A stretch of 64,000 nt of DNA, taken from contig JBJFFP010000082.1 in assembly GCA_051891855.1 (NCBI GenBank), forward strand, positions 12,078-76,077. The letters run 5' to 3'. Shown here piece after piece: positions 35,720-44,822 of this stretch; positions within the stretch are counted from its first letter, which is position 1; every line of letters begins with the position of its first letter. The stretch is from Lachnospiraceae bacterium (GTDB lineage Bacteria; Bacillota; Clostridia; Lachnospirales; Lachnospiraceae). The notes beneath the pieces are model-generated. The model had not been told where the DNA came from, did no database searches, and was given only the letters and a program-made list of their open reading frames with translations. The position numbers and the translations under genes were made by a program.

Positions 35720-35931
35720 ACAGATGAATGAAAAGAGGCTGCTGAGACGGTCTCTTTTTCTTTTTGAGAAAAAGTTTATTTTTTGCAAAAAACCTCTTGC
35801 AATTTTAAAAAAATATGATATTATAATAATAACAATAATCATTACTGATTTTAAAAAAGGCATGTATGGTATGAAAATTACCGTTATGAATATAATGAAA
35901 GTAAGAAGAAAAAGAAAAGGAGAATGTGAGT

Positions 35932-36555
35932 ATGAATGATAAAGCGTTATTTCAGCTAAGCTATGGATTATATGTTCTTACGGCAGCTAAGGATGGTAAG
36001 CAGAATGGCTGTATAATCAATACGGCAGGTCAGGTGACTAACACTCCCAACCGTCTTCAGATTGCGGTAAATAAGGCAAACTACACCCATGATCTGATTA
36101 AAGAAACCGGTGAATTTACCGTATCCATGATTAACCAGAATGCCGGGTTTGATTTATTTAAGCGTTTTGGCTTCCAGTCCGGTAAGGATGTAGATAAGTT
36201 TGAAGGATTTGATGGATATGCAGTAGGGGCAAACGGAATCAATTACATTACGGAAGGCTGTAATGGATATATTTCCGTAAAGGTTGAGCAAACACTGGAT
36301 TTGGGTACTCACACTCTGTTTATCGGTCTGGTAACGGATATGGATGTGCTGAATGATGTTCCTTCTACCACCTATACCTATTATCAGGAAAATATTAAAC
36401 CAAAGCCCCAGGCACCTCAGGGTGGAGGCGGCAAAAAGACCGTATGGGTCTGCAAGATTTGCGGTTATGTATATGAGGGAGAGGAATTGCCGGCAGACTA
36501 TATCTGTCCGCTGTGTAAGCATCCTGCTTCTGATTTTGAGAAAACGGTACGATAG
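35932..36555 (+). CDS. Flavin reductase domain fused to rubredoxin (high-molecular-weight rubredoxin type)
   Basis: N-terminal flavin-reductase-like domain and C-terminal rubredoxin with CKICGY...CPLC. ATG at 35932 lies 8 nt after AAAGGAGAA. The track start at 35926 is a GTG. Confidence 0.8.
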   Translation: MNDKALFQLSYGLYVLTAAKDGKQNGCIINTAGQVTNTPNRLQIAVNKANYTHDLIKETGEFTVSMINQNAGFDLFKRFGFQSGKDVDKFEGFDGYAVGANGINYITEGCNGYISVKVEQTLDLGTHTLFIGLVTDMDVLNDVPSTTYTYYQENIKPKPQAPQGGGGKKTVWVCKICGYVYEGEELPADYICPLCKHPASDFEKTVR

Positions 36556-36606
36556 AGTTTTATTATCTTATGGGCCAGCTACGAGAAGGTTGATATATAT
36601 TGTTGA

Positions 36607-36645
36607 AGGGAAGGCAAAGGGGATGCCTTCCTTTCTCTTTTCTTT
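36607..36645 (+). terminator. Rho-independent terminator
   Basis: GGAAGGCA (36609-36616) pairs with TGCCTTCC (36624-36631), followed by a T-rich tract. Confidence 0.75.
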
Positions 36646-36675
36646 GGAAACAAGCTGTGGTATGATGATTAAATA

Positions 36676-37335
36676 ATGCAGAAAGGATTTATGGAAGTGG
36701 AACGAGGATTGTTTATTGCTTTTGAAGGAATAGACGGGAGCGGTAAAAGTACGCAGCTTCAGCTTTTACATAGAGAGCTTCAGAAGGAAGGAAAACGAGT
36801 TTATCAGACCTGTGAACCCTCTGCGGGGCCTGTAGGCTCTCAGATACGGCAGATCCTTACAGGAAGAATGAGGGCAGACAGCCGGGTAGTTGCGGCCCTT
36901 TTTGCAGCAGATCGTCTGGATCATCTGCTGAATGAAGTCAATGGCATTGTCAGTAAGCTGGATGAAGGAGTGACGGTACTAACGGACCGATATTATTTTT
37001 CCTCCTATGCTTACCACAGTGTAGACGTGCCCATGGATTGGGTAGTTGCGTTAAATGAAGAGAGCCGAAAGCTGCTGAAGCCGGATTTGACGGTTTTTGT
37101 GGATGTGGATGCGGATACGGCCATGGAGAGAATCACCAGGAATCGTTTTCATCAGGAGCTGTTTGAAAAGAAATCACTATTGGAAAAAATCAGGGAAAAT
37201 TATCTGGAGGCCTTCAGACGTTTTGGAGATAGTGAGAAGATACTGATTGTGGATGGAAGAAAGAAGGTGGAGGAGCTCTCTAAGATGATTGCAGCTGAGG
37301 TGCTTAAGCTACCGGATACATTCCCAAAGGAGTAA
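36676..37335 (+). CDS. tmk: dTMP (thymidylate) kinase
   Basis: P-loop FEGIDGSGKSTQ and DRY motif (TDRYYFSS). The start could also be the internal ATG at 36691. Confidence 0.9.
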   Translation: MQKGFMEVERGLFIAFEGIDGSGKSTQLQLLHRELQKEGKRVYQTCEPSAGPVGSQIRQILTGRMRADSRVVAALFAADRLDHLLNEVNGIVSKLDEGVTVLTDRYYFSSYAYHSVDVPMDWVVALNEESRKLLKPDLTVFVDVDADTAMERITRNRFHQELFEKKSLLEKIRENYLEAFRRFGDSEKILIVDGRKKVEELSKMIAAEVLKLPDTFPKE

Positions 37336-37342
37336 AGGCAAG

Positions 37343-38053
37343 ATGGGATTGGAGAAAATACGGCAGGAGCTTTTGGCTATGAAGGATTTGGGCTATAAGG
37401 AATTTCAGAAAAAACTGATTCCTACAGTAGAAGAAGAGCGGATTATCGGGATTCGCACCCCCATCCTTCGTAAATATTCTGTCAAGCTGGCAAAGCAGCA
37501 GGAAGTCAGAGAGTTTTTACAGGCTTTACCCCATTACTATTATGAGGAAAATAATCTTCATGGTTTTTTGGTGGAAAGGATTGAGGATTATGACCGGTGT
37601 ATACAGGAGCTGGATATTTTTCTTCCTTATGTGGATAATTGGGCCACCTGTGATGGTACCGTTCCTAAAATATTGAAAAAAGAACCGGAGCAGACTCTGA
37701 TTAAGGCTGCAGAATGGATAAAAAGTGACCGAACCTATGTCTGCCGTTACGGAATAAAGGTATTGATGGATCATTTTCTGGAAGAGAATTTTTCCGAAGA
37801 AATACTAAAGCTGGCGGCCGGGGTAAATTCAGAGGAATATTATGTAAGGATGATGCAGGCCTGGTTCTTTGCCACTGCACTGGCAAAGCAGTATGAAGCG
37901 GCCTTATCCTTCCTGAAGAATAGGTCCTTGGATGTCTGGGTGCATAATAAGACGATTCAGAAGGCAAGGGAGAGCTATCGTATCAGCCCCGGGCAGAAGG
38001 AGGAATTGAAAGGATTGAAGTCTGCATATTCTTTTCCCAATTTGACATACTAA
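37343..38053 (+). CDS. DNA alkylation repair protein (HEAT-like repeat, AlkD/AlkC-type family)
   Basis: 236 aa, helical-repeat protein. KEFQKKLIPT...IIGIRTPILRK and VDNWATCD are typical of the DNA_alkylation family. Confidence 0.7.
   Translation: MGLEKIRQELLAMKDLGYKEFQKKLIPTVEEERIIGIRTPILRKYSVKLAKQQEVREFLQALPHYYYEENNLHGFLVERIEDYDRCIQELDIFLPYVDNWATCDGTVPKILKKEPEQTLIKAAEWIKSDRTYVCRYGIKVLMDHFLEENFSEEILKLAAGVNSEEYYVRMMQAWFFATALAKQYEAALSFLKNRSLDVWVHNKTIQKARESYRISPGQKEELKGLKSAYSFPNLTY
38024..38052 (+). promoter_or_regulatory. Sigma-G/sigma-F-type forespore promoter candidate upstream of spoVAD
   Basis: GCATA (38024-38028), 17-bp spacer, CATACTA (38046-38052). This is a very good fit to the Bacillus forespore-sigma consensus. 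It lies in the last codons of the upstream gene. Confidence 0.5.
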
Positions 38054-38067
38054 GAAAAACGAAGTGT

Positions 38068-39114
38068 ATGGAGGAGAATATGGAAGGAAGCAGAAATAAA
38101 ATGATGGGAAGAGGAAGCATGGAATTTGGGACTCCGGTCAGAATTGCCTGCAGTGCTTCCATTGTAGGAAAGAAGGAGGGGGAAGGCCCTCTGGGAAGAC
38201 TTTTTGACCGGGTGGGAGAAGAGGATATGTTTGGGGCCTCCACCTGGGAGGAGGCAGAAAGCAATCTGCAGAAGGAAGCCGTATCTATTTGCCTGAATAA
38301 AAGTGGAATTACAATAGAGGAGGTTCGCTATTTATTTGCAGGAGACTTACTTGGTCAATCTATTGCTTCCAGCTTTGGTCTGGCTCAGTATGAGACTCCC
38401 CTGTTCGGTCTGTATGGGGCCTGCTCCACCAGCGGTCTGTCCATTGCCCTAGGTGCAATCACCGTTGCGGCAGGGCTGGCGGATAAAGTCATGTGTGTCA
38501 CCTCCAGCCATTTTGCCAGTGCGGAAAAGGAGTTTCGTTATCCGCTGGAATACGGAAATCAGCGTCCGCTTTCCGCCTCCTGGACGGTAACCGGAGGGGG
38601 AGCCTTCCTCTTATCCCAAAGTCCGTCAGAGAAGGATCGGGCACAGATCAGTGGGCTCACTCCTGGGAAAATTGTTGACTATGGATTGAAGGATTCCATG
38701 AATATGGGGGCCTGTATGGCACCGGCAGCTTGTGATACCATTTATCGCCATTTTCAGGATTTTAAGCGAAAGCCAGAGGATTATGACAAAGTTGTCACCG
38801 GAGATTTGGGATATGTAGGGCAGCAGGCGCTTATCGACTTACTTAGTCAAAAGGGGATTGATCTTTCAGATAAGCATATGGACTGCGGAATTGAGATCTT
38901 TAATCAGGACAGTCAGGATACTCATGCGGGAGGAAGCGGCTGTGGGTGTGCGGCCACGGTGTTATCTGCTTACCTGTTAAAACAGCTGGAGGAAAACAGC
39001 TGGAATAGGATTCTCTTCGTTCCTACGGGAGCATTGCTTAGCCGGGTCAGCTTTAACGAGGGAAATACGGTGCCGGGAATTGCTCACGGAGTGGTGATAG
39101 AAAGGATTTCCTAA
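38068..39114 (+). CDS. spoVAD: Stage V sporulation protein AD (thiolase-fold)
   Basis: IVGKKEGEGPLGRLFD parallels the B. subtilis SpoVAD N-terminus. Thiolase-like active-site context GACST. The true start may be the ATG at 38101. Confidence 0.85.
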   Translation: MEENMEGSRNKMMGRGSMEFGTPVRIACSASIVGKKEGEGPLGRLFDRVGEEDMFGASTWEEAESNLQKEAVSICLNKSGITIEEVRYLFAGDLLGQSIASSFGLAQYETPLFGLYGACSTSGLSIALGAITVAAGLADKVMCVTSSHFASAEKEFRYPLEYGNQRPLSASWTVTGGGAFLLSQSPSEKDRAQISGLTPGKIVDYGLKDSMNMGACMAPAACDTIYRHFQDFKRKPEDYDKVVTGDLGYVGQQALIDLLSQKGIDLSDKHMDCGIEIFNQDSQDTHAGGSGCGCAATVLSAYLLKQLEENSWNRILFVPTGALLSRVSFNEGNTVPGIAHGVVIERIS

Positions 39115-39166
39115 ATAGATTGAAAAAAACCTCCTCTACTGTTATACTGAAAATTGTTTTAAAGGG

Positions 39167-39430
39167 GTGACAGCAGTGAGATTGATGGAATTTAAGATGG
39201 AACGGCAGGGACTTTTACAGGAGGGACAGCAGGTTACGGTAACAGAGGGGGTTTTACCCAGTAACTACTACTATACCATAGACCCCTCACTGGCCATGTC
39301 CGGCAACATTCCTTTCCGGGAAAGACTGCTGGTAAAAGAAGGGACTGTGACAAAGATTGTGGAGAATCAAAGGGGATTTTATGTCACCGTATCCTTTGAA
39401 GACACCAACCCTAATGCAAAAGAGGGGTAA
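39167..39430 (+). CDS. Small hypothetical protein downstream of spoVAD
   Basis: 77-87 aa depending on the start (GTG 39167 or ATG 39185). No recognisable family. Coding potential is judged only from ORF length and position. Confidence 0.4.
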   Translation: MTAVRLMEFKMERQGLLQEGQQVTVTEGVLPSNYYYTIDPSLAMSGNIPFRERLLVKEGTVTKIVENQRGFYVTVSFEDTNPNAKEG

Positions 39431-39449
39431 AACAGCAGGAGGAAAGAAA

Positions 39450-39830
39450 ATGAGTATAAAGAAGATTATGACCGATAAGGCACCGGCAGCGATCGGACCC
39501 TATTCTCAGGGGATTATTGCGGATAAATTTTTATTTGCTTCGGGACAGATTCCCATTAATCCTAAAAGCGGTGTGGTAGAGGCTGAAGGAATCGAAAGCC
39601 AGGCTCACCAGGTAATGAAGAACATTGGGGCAATCTTAGAGGCAGCCGGAAAGGATTACGCCAGCGTGGTAAAGACCACCTGCTTTTTGGCGGATATGAA
39701 GGATTTTGCGGCATTTAATTTTGTATATGAGCAGTATTTTACGGAAAAACCGGCCAGAAGCTGCGTAGCCGTAAAAGAGCTTCCCAAATCCGTGCTCTGT
39801 GAAGTGGAAGTTATTGCCTATCTGGGATAG
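39450..39830 (+). CDS. ridA: RidA (YjgF/TdcF) family reactive-intermediate deaminase
   Basis: 126 aa. APAAIGPYSQG, FASGQIP and PARSCVAV are signature segments. ATG at 39450 follows GGAGGAAAG. Confidence 0.9.
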   Translation: MSIKKIMTDKAPAAIGPYSQGIIADKFLFASGQIPINPKSGVVEAEGIESQAHQVMKNIGAILEAAGKDYASVVKTTCFLADMKDFAAFNFVYEQYFTEKPARSCVAVKELPKSVLCEVEVIAYLG

Positions 39831-39851
39831 CAGGGATAAGAGGAAATCAGG

Positions 39852-40355
39852 ATGAGAAAAACAATCGTGTTGATCGGAATGCCGGGGGCAGGGAAAAGCA
39901 CGGTAGGTGTGGTCTTGGCCAAAAGACTGGGGTTGGATTTTGTGGATTCTGATCTGGTGATTCAAAAGAAAGAGGGAAAGCTTTTGCATCAGCTGATACA
40001 GCAGCAGGGGCCGGAGGGCTTTCTGGAAACGGAAAACCGGATTAATGCCTCTCTGTCACCCACGGCAGCGGTAGTGGCTACCGGAGGAAGCGTAATTTAC
40101 GGGAAAGAGGCGATGGAGCATTTTAAGCAAATTGCCGTGGTGGTTTACCTGAAGCTTTCCCTGGCTGCCCTGAAAAGAAGACTGGGGGATTTGACTGAAA
40201 GAGGAGTAGTGTTAAGACCGGGACAGAGTCTGGATGACCTGTATCGGGAAAGATGTCCCCTGTACGAAAAATATGCGGCTCATACCATCGATTGTGAGGG
40301 TAGGGAGATTCGTGAAATTGTTGAAGAAATAGCCCAAATAATACAGACAGGATAA
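39852..40355 (+). CDS. aroK: Shikimate kinase
   Basis: 167 aa. P-loop GMPGAGKSTVG followed by DSD and GGS motifs. Confidence 0.9.
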   Translation: MRKTIVLIGMPGAGKSTVGVVLAKRLGLDFVDSDLVIQKKEGKLLHQLIQQQGPEGFLETENRINASLSPTAAVVATGGSVIYGKEAMEHFKQIAVVVYLKLSLAALKRRLGDLTERGVVLRPGQSLDDLYRERCPLYEKYAAHTIDCEGREIREIVEEIAQIIQTG

Positions 40356-40359
40356 AATA

Positions 40360-41286
40360 ATGCAAATGAAAATACAAGAGTTAGAAAGCAGCCTTCTTCT
40401 TTTTCTGGCTGCTTTTATCTGGGGTGTGGCCTTTGTGGCCCAAAGTATAGGACTTTCCTATGTGGGCCCCATGACCTTTAACGGCACCCGTTTTCTTCTG
40501 GGAGGAGTGGTGCTGCTTCCCCTGATTTACTATCGAAGAAAAAGAAGACAGACAGATATAGACAGTAATCCAAAAGAAACAAGGAGACAGAGGAAAGACC
40601 TTTTAACCGGGGGCCTGTGCTGCGGTCTTGCCATCTGTATAGCCTCCAGCTTCCAGCAGTATGGAATCGGATATACCACAGTGGGAAAGGCAGGCTTTAT
40701 TACCGCCCTTTATATTGTAATTGTCCCTGTTCTGGGGACTTTTTTGGGAAAGAAGCCGGGTTCTCTGGTTTGGGCCGGGGCCTTACTGGCAACGGTGGGC
40801 TTCTACCTCTTATGCATAACGGAGAGTTTTCAGATTAATCGGGGGGATATACTGGTATTTATCTGTGCAATTTGTTTTTCTTTCCATATTATGATTATTG
40901 ATTATTTTGCTCCTAAAGTAGACGGGGTGGAGCTTTCCTGTCTGCAGTTTTTTATCAGTGGAATCTTGTGTATGGCAGGGGCTTTTTTATGGGAAAATCC
41001 CTCCTGGTCACAGATAGCGGCAGGAGCTGTTCCTATTCTATATGCAGGAATCTTCTCCTGTGGAATTGCCTATACTCTTCAGATTATTGGTCAGGCAAAA
41101 ATAAATCCCACGGTGGCATCCATGGTTCTTAGTCTGGAAGCGGTTATTTCTGTTCTGGCCGGTTGGATTATATTGAAGGAGGAGCTGACAGTAAGACAGA
41201 TATCAGGCTGTGTTCTGGTGTTCGGAGCCGTTATTCTGGCTCAGCTGCCGCAGCCTTTATTAAAAAAGAAAGAACAGCAGGAATAA
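40360..41286 (+). CDS. DMT-superfamily (EamA) transporter
   Basis: 308 aa with ten TM helices arranged as two EamA repeats. Confidence 0.85.
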   Translation: MQMKIQELESSLLLFLAAFIWGVAFVAQSIGLSYVGPMTFNGTRFLLGGVVLLPLIYYRRKRRQTDIDSNPKETRRQRKDLLTGGLCCGLAICIASSFQQYGIGYTTVGKAGFITALYIVIVPVLGTFLGKKPGSLVWAGALLATVGFYLLCITESFQINRGDILVFICAICFSFHIMIIDYFAPKVDGVELSCLQFFISGILCMAGAFLWENPSWSQIAAGAVPILYAGIFSCGIAYTLQIIGQAKINPTVASMVLSLEAVISVLAGWIILKEELTVRQISGCVLVFGAVILAQLPQPLLKKKEQQE

Positions 41287-41353
41287 TAATCATTGTTTTG
41301 GAGATAGTAAATAAAAATATTTACTATCTTTTTCACTGTGGAGGAGGAAAACA

Positions 41354-41710
41354 ATGGATTATTTCAAAGCTTTTCTGATTGGAGGCCTGATTTGTGCCCT
41401 GGTTCAGATTTTAATGGAAAAAACAAAAATGCTGCCGGGAAGAATCATGGTTCTTCTGGTGACGGTGGGAGCCCTGTTAAGTGCAGTGGGAATATATGAA
41501 CCCTTCGTAGAGTTTGCCGGTGCCGGTGCCAGCGTTCCTCTGCTGGGCTTTGGAAATGTTTTAATGAAGGGGGTCAGGGAAGCGGTTGAGGAAAGCGGGT
41601 TCTTAGGGCTTTTTTCAGGGGGCTTTCAGGCAGGAGCAATCGGCTGCAGTGCAGCGCTGATTTTCGGGTACCTGGCCAGTCTCATCACCCGCTCCAAAAT
41701 GAAGGAATAG
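41354..41710 (+). CDS. spoVAE: Stage V sporulation protein AE (SpoVAEB-type)
   Basis: 118 aa. FLIGGLICALVQ and YEPFVEFAGAGASVPLLGFGN parallel B. subtilis SpoVAEB. Confidence 0.8.
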   Translation: MDYFKAFLIGGLICALVQILMEKTKMLPGRIMVLLVTVGALLSAVGIYEPFVEFAGAGASVPLLGFGNVLMKGVREAVEESGFLGLFSGGFQAGAIGCSAALIFGYLASLITRSKMKE

Positions 41711-41736
41711 AAGCGTAGGGAAAGGGAAGAAAAAAA

Positions 41737-41765
41737 GTGACTTTGGGAATAAAATATTTTATACT
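41737..41765 (+). promoter_or_regulatory. Promoter candidate with an overlapping AT palindrome (possible metalloregulator operator) upstream of feoAB
   Basis: GTGACT, 17-bp spacer, TATACT (41760-41765). The perfect 14-bp palindrome ATAAAATATTTTAT (41749-41762) overlaps the -10. It does not have the canonical 7-1-7 Fur box geometry. Confidence 0.35.
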
Positions 41766-41835
41766 ATGAGTAGTGTATTGTTTTAAGCAAATAAAAGAGT
41801 ACACTGGATGGACAAGAAGATAAGGGGTGCATGGC

Positions 41836-44190
41836 ATGACGTTAAAGGAGCTGAAAATCGGTGAATCGGCAGTAATCTGCAAGGTGGGAGGGGAAGGTGC
41901 CCTGCGCCAGCATTTTCTGGATATGGGAGTGATACCCTCAGCCAAGGTTACTCTGGTGAAATATGCCCCTATGGGAGACCCCATGGAGCTTTTAGTTCAG
42001 GGCTATGAGCTGACCCTGCGTTTGGAGGATGCAGCCAAAATCCAGGTGGAGGTGGTTGATGGGAATGAACCGGAAAGGGAAAAGAAGGACAAAGGATACC
42101 ATTCACTGAAGGAGCACCCGGGTTTGGGGGAAGGAGGAAAATATCACAGTAAAGCAGATGAGAATCCCCTTCCTAAAGGCACGCAGCTGACGTTTGCCCT
42201 GGCAGGAAATCAGAACTGCGGTAAAACCACATTATTCAATCAGCTTACCGGCTCCAATCAGCATGTGGGTAATTTTCCCGGAGTAACGGTGGATCAGAAA
42301 AGCGGCAGTATTAAGGGAAATCCCAATACTCTGGTTACGGATCTGCCGGGAATCTATTCCCTGTCACCCTATACCAGTGAAGAGATTGTTTCCAGACGTT
42401 TTATCCTTGAGCAAAAGCCTACGGGAATTATTAATATTGCGGATGCCACCAATCTGGAACGTAATCTTTACCTGACCATGCAGCTGATGGAGCTGAATAT
42501 TCCCATGGTTCTTGCCTTAAATATGATGGATGAGCTTACCGGTAACGGAGGCTGTGTACATATCAACGAAATGGAGGATATGCTGGGGATTCCCGTAGTA
42601 CCGATTTCAGCGGCAAAAAACGAAGGAGTGAATGAGCTGGTGGATCATGCTCTCCATGTGGCAAGATACCAGGAAAGACCGGGCAGAATGGATTTCTGCG
42701 ATGAAAAGGATCACGGGGGAGCCTTACACCGGTGTCTCCACGGAATCATGCACCTGATTCAGGACCATGCCGGTAAAGCGGGTATTCCCATCCGCTTTGC
42801 AGCCACCAAGCTGGTTGAAGGAGACCGGCAGGTGCTTGAAGCGATGAAGCTGACCGCAAATGAGAAAGAGATGCTGGAGCATATTATCTGCCAGATGGAG
42901 GAGGAACGGGGACTGGATCGGGCTGCAGCCATAGCGGATATGCGTTTTACCTTTATCCACCAACTGGTGGAGGAATGCGTGGTGAGACCGAAGGAAAGCA
43001 GGGAGAGAGAAAGAAGCCGAAGAGCAGATCGGATTCTTACCGGTAAGTTTACGGCCATTCCGGCCTTTGCCCTGATTATGTCCCTGGTATTTTTTCTTTC
43101 CTTTAATGTAGTAGGAGCCTGGCTTCAGGGATTTTTGGAAAGTGCCATTGAGTATCTTACCATGTGGGCAGATAGGGCGATGGCAGCATGGGGAATTAAT
43201 CCGGTACTCCATTCCCTTTTCATCGACGGGATTTTTAACGGAGTAGGCAGTGTGCTCAGCTTTTTGCCTATTATCGTTACCCTGTTTTTCTTTTTATCCC
43301 TTTTGGAGGATACCGGTTATATGGCCAGGGTAGCCTTTGTTATGGATAAGCTTTTGCGAAAAATCGGACTTTCCGGACGGAGTATAGTGCCCATGCTGAT
43401 TGGCTTTGGCTGTACCGTGCCGGGAGTAATGGCCACGAGAACCCTTCCGGCGGAAAGGGACCGCAAAATGACCATTATGCTGACTCCCTTTATGAGCTGT
43501 ACCGCCAAGCTGCCCATTTATGGATTTTTCACGGCAGCCTTTTTCCCTGCCTACAGCGGTCTGATTATGGTAGGTCTTTATTTTCTGGGAATCCTTGTAG
43601 GGATTTTTACAGCACTTTGCTTAAAGAATACCATGTTCAGGGGAAAGGCAGTTCCCTTCGTTCTGGAGCTCCCCAATTATCGTATGCCGGGAGCTAAAAA
43701 TGTAGCCAGACTTCTATGGGAAAAGGCTAAGGACTTTTTGCAGAGGGCCTTTACCGTCATCTTTTTGGCTACAATCATTATCTGGTTTTTGCAGACCTTT
43801 GATTTACAGATGAATATGGTCAGTGACTCAAAAGACAGTATTCTGGCCATGATTGCAGGAGGAATTGCTCCCATATTTGCTCCGCTGGGCTTTGGAGACT
43901 GGAGGATATCAACGGCACTGATTTCCGGCTTTATGGCGAAGGAAAGCGTAGTGTCTACCTTAACGGTGCTTTTCGGAAGCACGCGGAATCTGATGGCAGT
44001 ACTCACTCCCCTGTCGGCAGCAGCACTATTGGTTTTTTGTCTGCTGTACACACCCTGTGTGGCAGCCATTTCTTCCATCAAGAGAGAATTGGGCGGAAGA
44101 TGGGCATTGGGAATCGTGGTACTGCAGTGTGCAATCGCCTGGATTTGTGCCTTTCTGGTCAGCCTGCTGGGGAGCCTGCTTATAGGATAG
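41836..44190 (+). CDS. feoB: Ferrous iron transporter, FeoA-FeoB fusion
   Basis: N-terminal FeoA SH3-like domain (LKIGESAVICKV...). G-domain motifs GNQNCGKTTLFN and DLPG. Polytopic C-terminal permease. Confidence 0.9.
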   Translation: MTLKELKIGESAVICKVGGEGALRQHFLDMGVIPSAKVTLVKYAPMGDPMELLVQGYELTLRLEDAAKIQVEVVDGNEPEREKKDKGYHSLKEHPGLGEGGKYHSKADENPLPKGTQLTFALAGNQNCGKTTLFNQLTGSNQHVGNFPGVTVDQKSGSIKGNPNTLVTDLPGIYSLSPYTSEEIVSRRFILEQKPTGIINIADATNLERNLYLTMQLMELNIPMVLALNMMDELTGNGGCVHINEMEDMLGIPVVPISAAKNEGVNELVDHALHVARYQERPGRMDFCDEKDHGGALHRCLHGIMHLIQDHAGKAGIPIRFAATKLVEGDRQVLEAMKLTANEKEMLEHIICQMEEERGLDRAAAIADMRFTFIHQLVEECVVRPKESRERERSRRADRILTGKFTAIPAFALIMSLVFFLSFNVVGAWLQGFLESAIEYLTMWADRAMAAWGINPVLHSLFIDGIFNGVGSVLSFLPIIVTLFFFLSLLEDTGYMARVAFVMDKLLRKIGLSGRSIVPMLIGFGCTVPGVMATRTLPAERDRKMTIMLTPFMSCTAKLPIYGFFTAAFFPAYSGLIMVGLYFLGILVGIFTALCLKNTMFRGKAVPFVLELPNYRMPGAKNVARLLWEKAKDFLQRAFTVIFLATIIIWFLQTFDLQMNMVSDSKDSILAMIAGGIAPIFAPLGFGDWRISTALISGFMAKESVVSTLTVLFGSTRNLMAVLTPLSAAALLVFCLLYTPCVAAISSIKRELGGRWALGIVVLQCAIAWICAFLVSLLGSLLIG

Positions 44191-44193
44191 AAA

Positions 44194-44796
44194 ATGCCGA
44201 TGAAACGGCAGAAAGAGGAAAGAATGAAGAATAATCAGGAAATCAGAAGACCACAGATAAATGAAATATATCGCCACTTTAAGGGGAATTTATATAAAAT
44301 TATTACTTTAGCAAAGGATTCAGAGACGGATGAAGAGATGGTGGTTTACCAGGCTCTTTATGGGGAGTATCCTATTTTTGTCCGTTCTCTTGCCATGTTT
44401 TGTGAAGAGTTGGATAAAAAACGCTATCCCGGGGCCGAGCAAAAATATCGATTTGAACCTGTCCACCAGCTGGTAAATATGGATTGGGAGGAAAGAGAGA
44501 TTCTGCCGGAGGACAGGGCACAGTCCTTGGAAAAAAAGGAGGGCAGTAAGCCGGAGGATAAATCTAAGGAGCCGAAGCTGGATCCGCTGCTGGAGGCTTT
44601 TCTGGATGCCGACAGCTATCGGGAAAGACTGAATATTCTCAGGGGACTGGAGCATAGAATCACGCAGGAAATGATCAATACTATGGCTATTGTCCTAGAC
44701 CTGGATATTCCGGAGGGTGAGCTGGAAAAACGTTATCAGGCTCTGGAAAACAGTATTCTGACCCTGGAAAAATATGAATGTATCCGACTGGTATAA
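44194..44796 (+). CDS. DUF1653-domain protein with an acidic C-terminal extension
   Basis: YRHFKGNLYKIITLAKDSETDEEMVVYQALYG is typical of DUF1653. Confidence 0.65.
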   Translation: MPMKRQKEERMKNNQEIRRPQINEIYRHFKGNLYKIITLAKDSETDEEMVVYQALYGEYPIFVRSLAMFCEELDKKRYPGAEQKYRFEPVHQLVNMDWEEREILPEDRAQSLEKKEGSKPEDKSKEPKLDPLLEAFLDADSYRERLNILRGLEHRITQEMINTMAIVLDLDIPEGELEKRYQALENSILTLEKYECIRLV

Positions 44797-44822
44797 GTAG
44801 TAGAGAATGAAGGAAAGAAAAG

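Noticed and set aside
35706-35939. 77-aa + strand ORF in the trpB-like/rubredoxin intergenic region
   Set aside because: It covers the promoter-like AT-rich region. Its composition is Lys/Ile/Phe-rich and low-complexity, no SD is present, and it overlaps the better-supported downstream start.
36353-36676. 107-aa + strand ORF overlapping the 3' end of the rubredoxin fusion gene and its terminator
   Set aside because: It is an out-of-frame overlap with a motif-supported gene and runs through a terminator hairpin.
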